This document shows positions 60,166-64,000 of a stretch of 64,000 bases of DNA, piece by piece; position 1 is the stretch's first letter, and each line of letters opens with the position of its first letter. Source of the stretch: Scenedesmus sp. PABB004 (lineage: Eukaryota); NCBI GenBank assembly GCA_014905635.1, contig JABVCE010000003.1, positions 930,001 to 994,000 of the forward strand. Direction: 5' to 3'. The notes beneath the pieces were generated by a model. That model had not been told where the DNA came from, ran no database searches, and saw only the letters and a list, made by a program, of their open reading frames with translations. The position numbers and the translations under genes are program-made.

Positions 60166-61878
60166 ATGGCGGGCATGATGCCGCCGCCGCCGTCGCGGCC
60201 CGGCAAGCGGCGCGTGGTGCTGGAGGAGGACCAGTTTGCGGGGGCCATCGAGGCCATCGTGGAGCGCGACTTCTTCCCGCAGCTGCCGAAGCTGCAGAAC
60301 CAGCTGGAGTGGCTTCAGGCAGTGCAGAGCGGCGACCCCGCGGCCATCAAGCGCGCGCAGCTCAACATCGCGCGCCGCCGCGCGGGCCTGCGCACGCCGC
60401 TGGCGGGCGAGCCGCTCCCCGGCGGCGGCACCACGGGCTGGCTCGCGACGCCGGGCACGGGCCTGCTGCGCACGCCCGCGATGACGCCGGCGCTGCCCGG
60501 CGGCGGGCCCGTCATGCCCGCGTCCACGCCCGCGCGCACGCCCGCGGGCGCCGCCGCGGCGGCGGGGCTGGCCGAGGCAGGCATGGACCCCGTGGCGGCG
60601 CAGGCGGCCGCGGGCGCGCGCGCGCCGCCGCTGGGGCTCGACCAGTTCCTCTCGGCGTACCAGGGCGAGGACAACGCGAGCTTTCAGGAGCTCCAGGCGC
60701 GCACGCTCGAGCGCAAGCGCGCGCGCGTGGCGCACCACCTCGTCGACCACAACGCGCCGCTGCGCCTCGAGGTGGGCGGGCACGCGACGGACGAGTACGG
60801 CACGTCCGGGCAGGCGCCGAGCACGCTCGTGCCGACGCGGCACGTCCCCAAGAACGCCCTCTACTACGACTCGTCCCAGCAGCGCGCGCTGGCGCTCTCG
60901 GCGGCGGAGGAGGCGGCGATGGTGCAGGGCCCGCCGCGCGCGATCAACCACGCCGGCACGCGCGCGCTCGCGCCGACCGGCGACGCGCCCGCGGCGCCCG
61001 GCCTGCTCGCCGGGCCGCCCGGCGGCGTCGGCGGCGGCGGCAGCGGCGACGGCGGCGACGGGCCGGACGCGGGCGGCGGTCGGCCCAGCCGCGTCGCGGC
61101 CGCGGCGGACGCGCCCGGCACGAGCGGCTACGGCTACATGCGCACGCCGCAGATCGCGCCGGGCGTGGGCGCGTCGCCGCTGATGACGTGGGGCGAGCTC
61201 GCGGGCACGCCGCTGCGGCTCGACGGCGAGTGCGACGACATCGAGGGCCTCGCCGCCCTGCTCGGCGAGGAAAATGGCGGCAGCGTGCGCCAGTTTGCGC
61301 TGCCGCGCGTGCGGCCGCGCGAGCTCGCGGCGCAGCGCATGATGGCCGGCCGCGGCGGCAGCGCCGCGCGGCGCGGCGGCGCCGCCGGCGGCCCGCTCGG
61401 GCGCAGCGCGACGCCGCTGCTCGACTCGCTGCGGCGGCGCGGCGCGGCCGGCGGCGCGACGCCGCTGTCGGCGGCGGGCCAGAAGCTCGCGCAGGCGCTC
61501 AAGGGCGGCGCCGGCGCCGGCGCGCGGCCCGGCACGGGCCCGCGCGGCGGCGGCCGCGCGGCCGCCGCCGGCGGCGACGCGGTGGACCTGCAGCTGCGCG
61601 CGAGCTACGCGCGCGCCGGCACGTCCACGCCCGCGCGCGCGCCGGGCAGCTGGGAGGCCGCCACGCCGGGCCGCGACCGCGGCGGCAGCCGGCCGCCCTC
61701 GTCGGCGCGCGCGCAGCCCGGCGGGGCGGCGGGGAGCGGGCGGCGCGGCGCGGCGGCGCTGGCCGCCGCGGTCGCGGCGGGCGGCGGCGGGGCGCCGCGG
61801 CAGCAGCAGCCGGCAGCGGCGGCGGCAGCGCCCGCCGCCGGCGGCAACCTAACGGACGACCTGCTGCAGCTGGGTTGA
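60166..61878 (+). CDS. ESS2: Splicing factor ESS-2/DGCR14 (Es2), single exon
   Basis: VLEEDQF..IEAIVERDFFPQLPKL, LDQFLSAYQGEDNASFQEL, PKNALYY, GYGYMRTP, SPLMTWGELAGTPLRL, LSAAGQKL, DLQLRASY, NLTDDLLQL. Confidence 0.95.
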   Translation: MAGMMPPPPSRPGKRRVVLEEDQFAGAIEAIVERDFFPQLPKLQNQLEWLQAVQSGDPAAIKRAQLNIARRRAGLRTPLAGEPLPGGGTTGWLATPGTGLLRTPAMTPALPGGGPVMPASTPARTPAGAAAAAGLAEAGMDPVAAQAAAGARAPPLGLDQFLSAYQGEDNASFQELQARTLERKRARVAHHLVDHNAPLRLEVGGHATDEYGTSGQAPSTLVPTRHVPKNALYYDSSQQRALALSAAEEAAMVQGPPRAINHAGTRALAPTGDAPAAPGLLAGPPGGVGGGGSGDGGDGPDAGGGRPSRVAAAADAPGTSGYGYMRTPQIAPGVGASPLMTWGELAGTPLRLDGECDDIEGLAALLGEENGGSVRQFALPRVRPRELAAQRMMAGRGGSAARRGGAAGGPLGRSATPLLDSLRRRGAAGGATPLSAAGQKLAQALKGGAGAGARPGTGPRGGGRAAAAGGDAVDLQLRASYARAGTSTPARAPGSWEAATPGRDRGGSRPPSSARAQPGGAAGSGRRGAAALAAAVAAGGGGAPRQQQPAAAAAAPAAGGNLTDDLLQLG

Positions 61879-62185
61879 GCGCGTGGGGGAACAGCGTGAG
61901 CAGCGTGCAAACGGGGGCCCTGCAACACGGGCCGCGCGGTTGCCGGAGCGACGACGGCTCGTGTTACGATTTGAACCCCGCCGTGCCGCCGCCAGCGCTG
62001 CGCGTCGCGCCATGAGCCCGCACAGCTGCCGTGGGTGTGCGTACTCATCGCCCGGGGCGGGCGCAGGCGTCACGCACCGACAGCCGCGCCGCCTGCTGCT
62101 CCTGCCCGCCGCGGCCCGCTCCCACCTGGGCGCGCGCTGCCGCCCCATGGAAGCGCTGGCGTAGGCTCTGCCACTCGTCAGAGCG

Positions 62186-64000
62186 ATGGGCGAGCAGCAG
62201 CAGCACGGCGCCGGCGCCAGCGGCGCCGCGCCGCCCGCCGGCGCCGCTGCTGCGCCCGGCGCGGCCGCTCCGGCGCCCGGCGCGGCGTACCAGGTCGCGG
62301 GCTTCGAGGTCCGCTTCCCGCACGAGGCGTACGGCGTGCAGAAGGTGTTTATGAACCAGGTGCTGCGGGCGATCGACCACGAGGAGAACGCGCTGCTCGA
62401 GGCGCCGACGGGCTGCGGCAAGACGCTCTCGCTGCTCTGCGGCGCGCTGGCGTGGCAGAGCGCGCAGAAGGCCAAGCGCGCGGCGGCCGAGGCGGCCAAG
62501 CGCGCGGCGGCCGCGGCGGCGGGCGCCGGCGAGGAGGGCAAGGGCTGCTTCGCCGACGCGCAGCAGGCCTGCTGCGCGGTGCCCGCGCCCGGCGCGGCCG
62601 ACGCCGACGACGCGTCGCCCCCGCCGCCGGACGAGCCCGTGACGGTGCCCAAGATCTACTACGCGACGCGCACGCACTCGCAGATCGCGCAGGCGCGGCG
62701 CGCGCAGGGGCGGCCGGGAGCGCAGCGCGCGCAGCGCGCACAGCGCGCGCACCGCGCACGCTCACCAGCCGCCGCCGCCACTGCCCTGGCAGGTGGTGCG
62801 CGAGCTCAAGCGCACCGCCTACCGCCCCAAGATGACCGTGCTGGTGCGCCGCCGCCGCCGCCGCCCGCCGCCCGCCGCCCGGCGCGAGCGCCTTGCAGGA
62901 CGCGGCCGCGCGCGCTCACCCGCCGCGCCCGCCGTGCGCCGCGCCCGCCGCCCGTTCTGCAAGGGCGCGCGGTCGCACTACTGCATCAACCGCGCCGTCG
63001 TGCGCAGCGGCGCGATCGACGCCAAGTGCGAGGAGCTGCTCAAGGAGCGGTCGGGCTGCCCCTACAAGAAGAACGCGGTCACGCTCACGCACGGCGTCGT
63101 GCAGGCGCGCCGCCGCCGCCGCCGCGCCGCGCGCCGCCGCCCGCCCCGTGCGCGCGCGCGCGCGCCACGGCCCCCGCGCTGAGCTGCCGCTCCGGCGCCT
63201 GCGGCGCGCCGGCAGGTGCACGACATCGAGGACCTCGCGCGCATCGGCACGCGCCGCAAGGCGTGCCCCTACTTTGCGGCGCGACACCTGGCCGACAGCG
63301 CGGAGCTCGTCTTCTGCCCCTACTCGTACCTGCTCGACCCGGGCATCCGCCGCGCGACCAAGGTGCAGGCAAGCGACGCGGTGCTCATCTTTGACGAGGC
63401 GCACAACATCGAGGACCAGGCCAGGCGCGCGCCGCCGCCGACGCGGCGAGCCCTCCCTGCGCCGCGCCGCGCCGCGCCGCGGCGAGCGCGCGCGCCGCGC
63501 CACGTGACGTGACGGCCGCCCCTCACGTGCCGCGCGCGCCAGGGAGGCGGGGTCGACGGAGCTGGACCTGGAGCAGCTCAAGCTCACCTTCCTCTCGCTC
63601 TCGCGCGCGGCGGCGATGAGCAGCGAGGCCGAGACGTACACGCCGCTGCGGGACGCGGTGCTCGCGGTGCGCCGCCGCGCTGCCGTGCCGCTTGCTGCTG
63701 CGCGTATGCGCCGCCGGCCTCGCTGCTCAGCGGCCGGCCGCGCGCGTGGGCACCGCGTGCCCACGCCGCGCCGCCGCGCGCCCGCGCCACCGCCCAGGTG
63801 ATCCAATGGCTCATTGGCCTCGCCGCCAACGGCGCCAGCTCCCCGGGCTTCAAGCAGTCCGGCTTTGAGCGCTTCGAGCGCATCTGGCGGGCCCGCCGGT
63901 GCGCGGCGGCGGCGGCGGCGGCGCGGCCGGCCCGCCCGCGCCGCCCGCGCGCCGCCTCACGCGCGGCAACCGCCGCGGCCGCGCGGCGGCCCCGCGCGCC
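62186..64000 (+). CDS. BRIP1: XPD-family Fe-S DNA helicase, FANCJ/BRIP1-like (RTEL1 not excluded); 5' part only, runs off the window
   Basis: Q motif VRFPHEAYGVQ, Walker A LLEAPTGCGKT, IYYATRTHSQIAQ, Fe-S cysteines RSHYCIN/KCEE/GCPY/ACPYF, FCPYSYLLDP, IFDEAHNIED. Confidence 0.9.

Overview
Gene-dense nuclear DNA from a very GC-rich eukaryote (about 75-80% GC by eye, not computed). It is most likely a chlorophyte green alga of the Sphaeropleales type. This is an inference from the short spliceosomal introns, the TGTAA polyadenylation signals, an OPR protein and algal-type expansins. Most long ORFs in the six-frame track are GC artefacts. Splicing the exons by hand gives about 25 protein-coding genes, mostly in head-to-head pairs. 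In order they are BRAP2-like, TFIIE-alpha, expansin-like 1, a secreted bacterial-like protein, expansin-like 2, hemerythrin, NSE3, TraB, eIF2B-epsilon, a small secreted RRLL protein, an inositol 5-phosphatase, an OPR protein, Yip1, NHX, PIG-P, a giant TM/coiled-coil/profilin fusion, a GPI-anchored protein, a G-patch zinc finger, JMJD7, an unknown protein, CDKAL1, a BAT1-like permease, MYND/MSS51, ESS2 and a FANCJ-like helicase. Five observations stand out. (1) A ~1500-aa membrane-anchored coiled-coil protein ends in an intact profilin domain, a candidate organelle-actin tether. (2) GC-AG introns are unusually frequent. (3) A secreted precursor has an RRLL processing site and a C-terminal Gly. 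(4) The expansin duplicate has a mosaic pattern of identity and flanks an unknown secreted gene. (5) The permease has a 1-nt frameshift. No tRNA, rRNA, CRISPR array or transposon was recognised. Gene coordinates run from start codon to stop codon, include introns, and come from manual reading.
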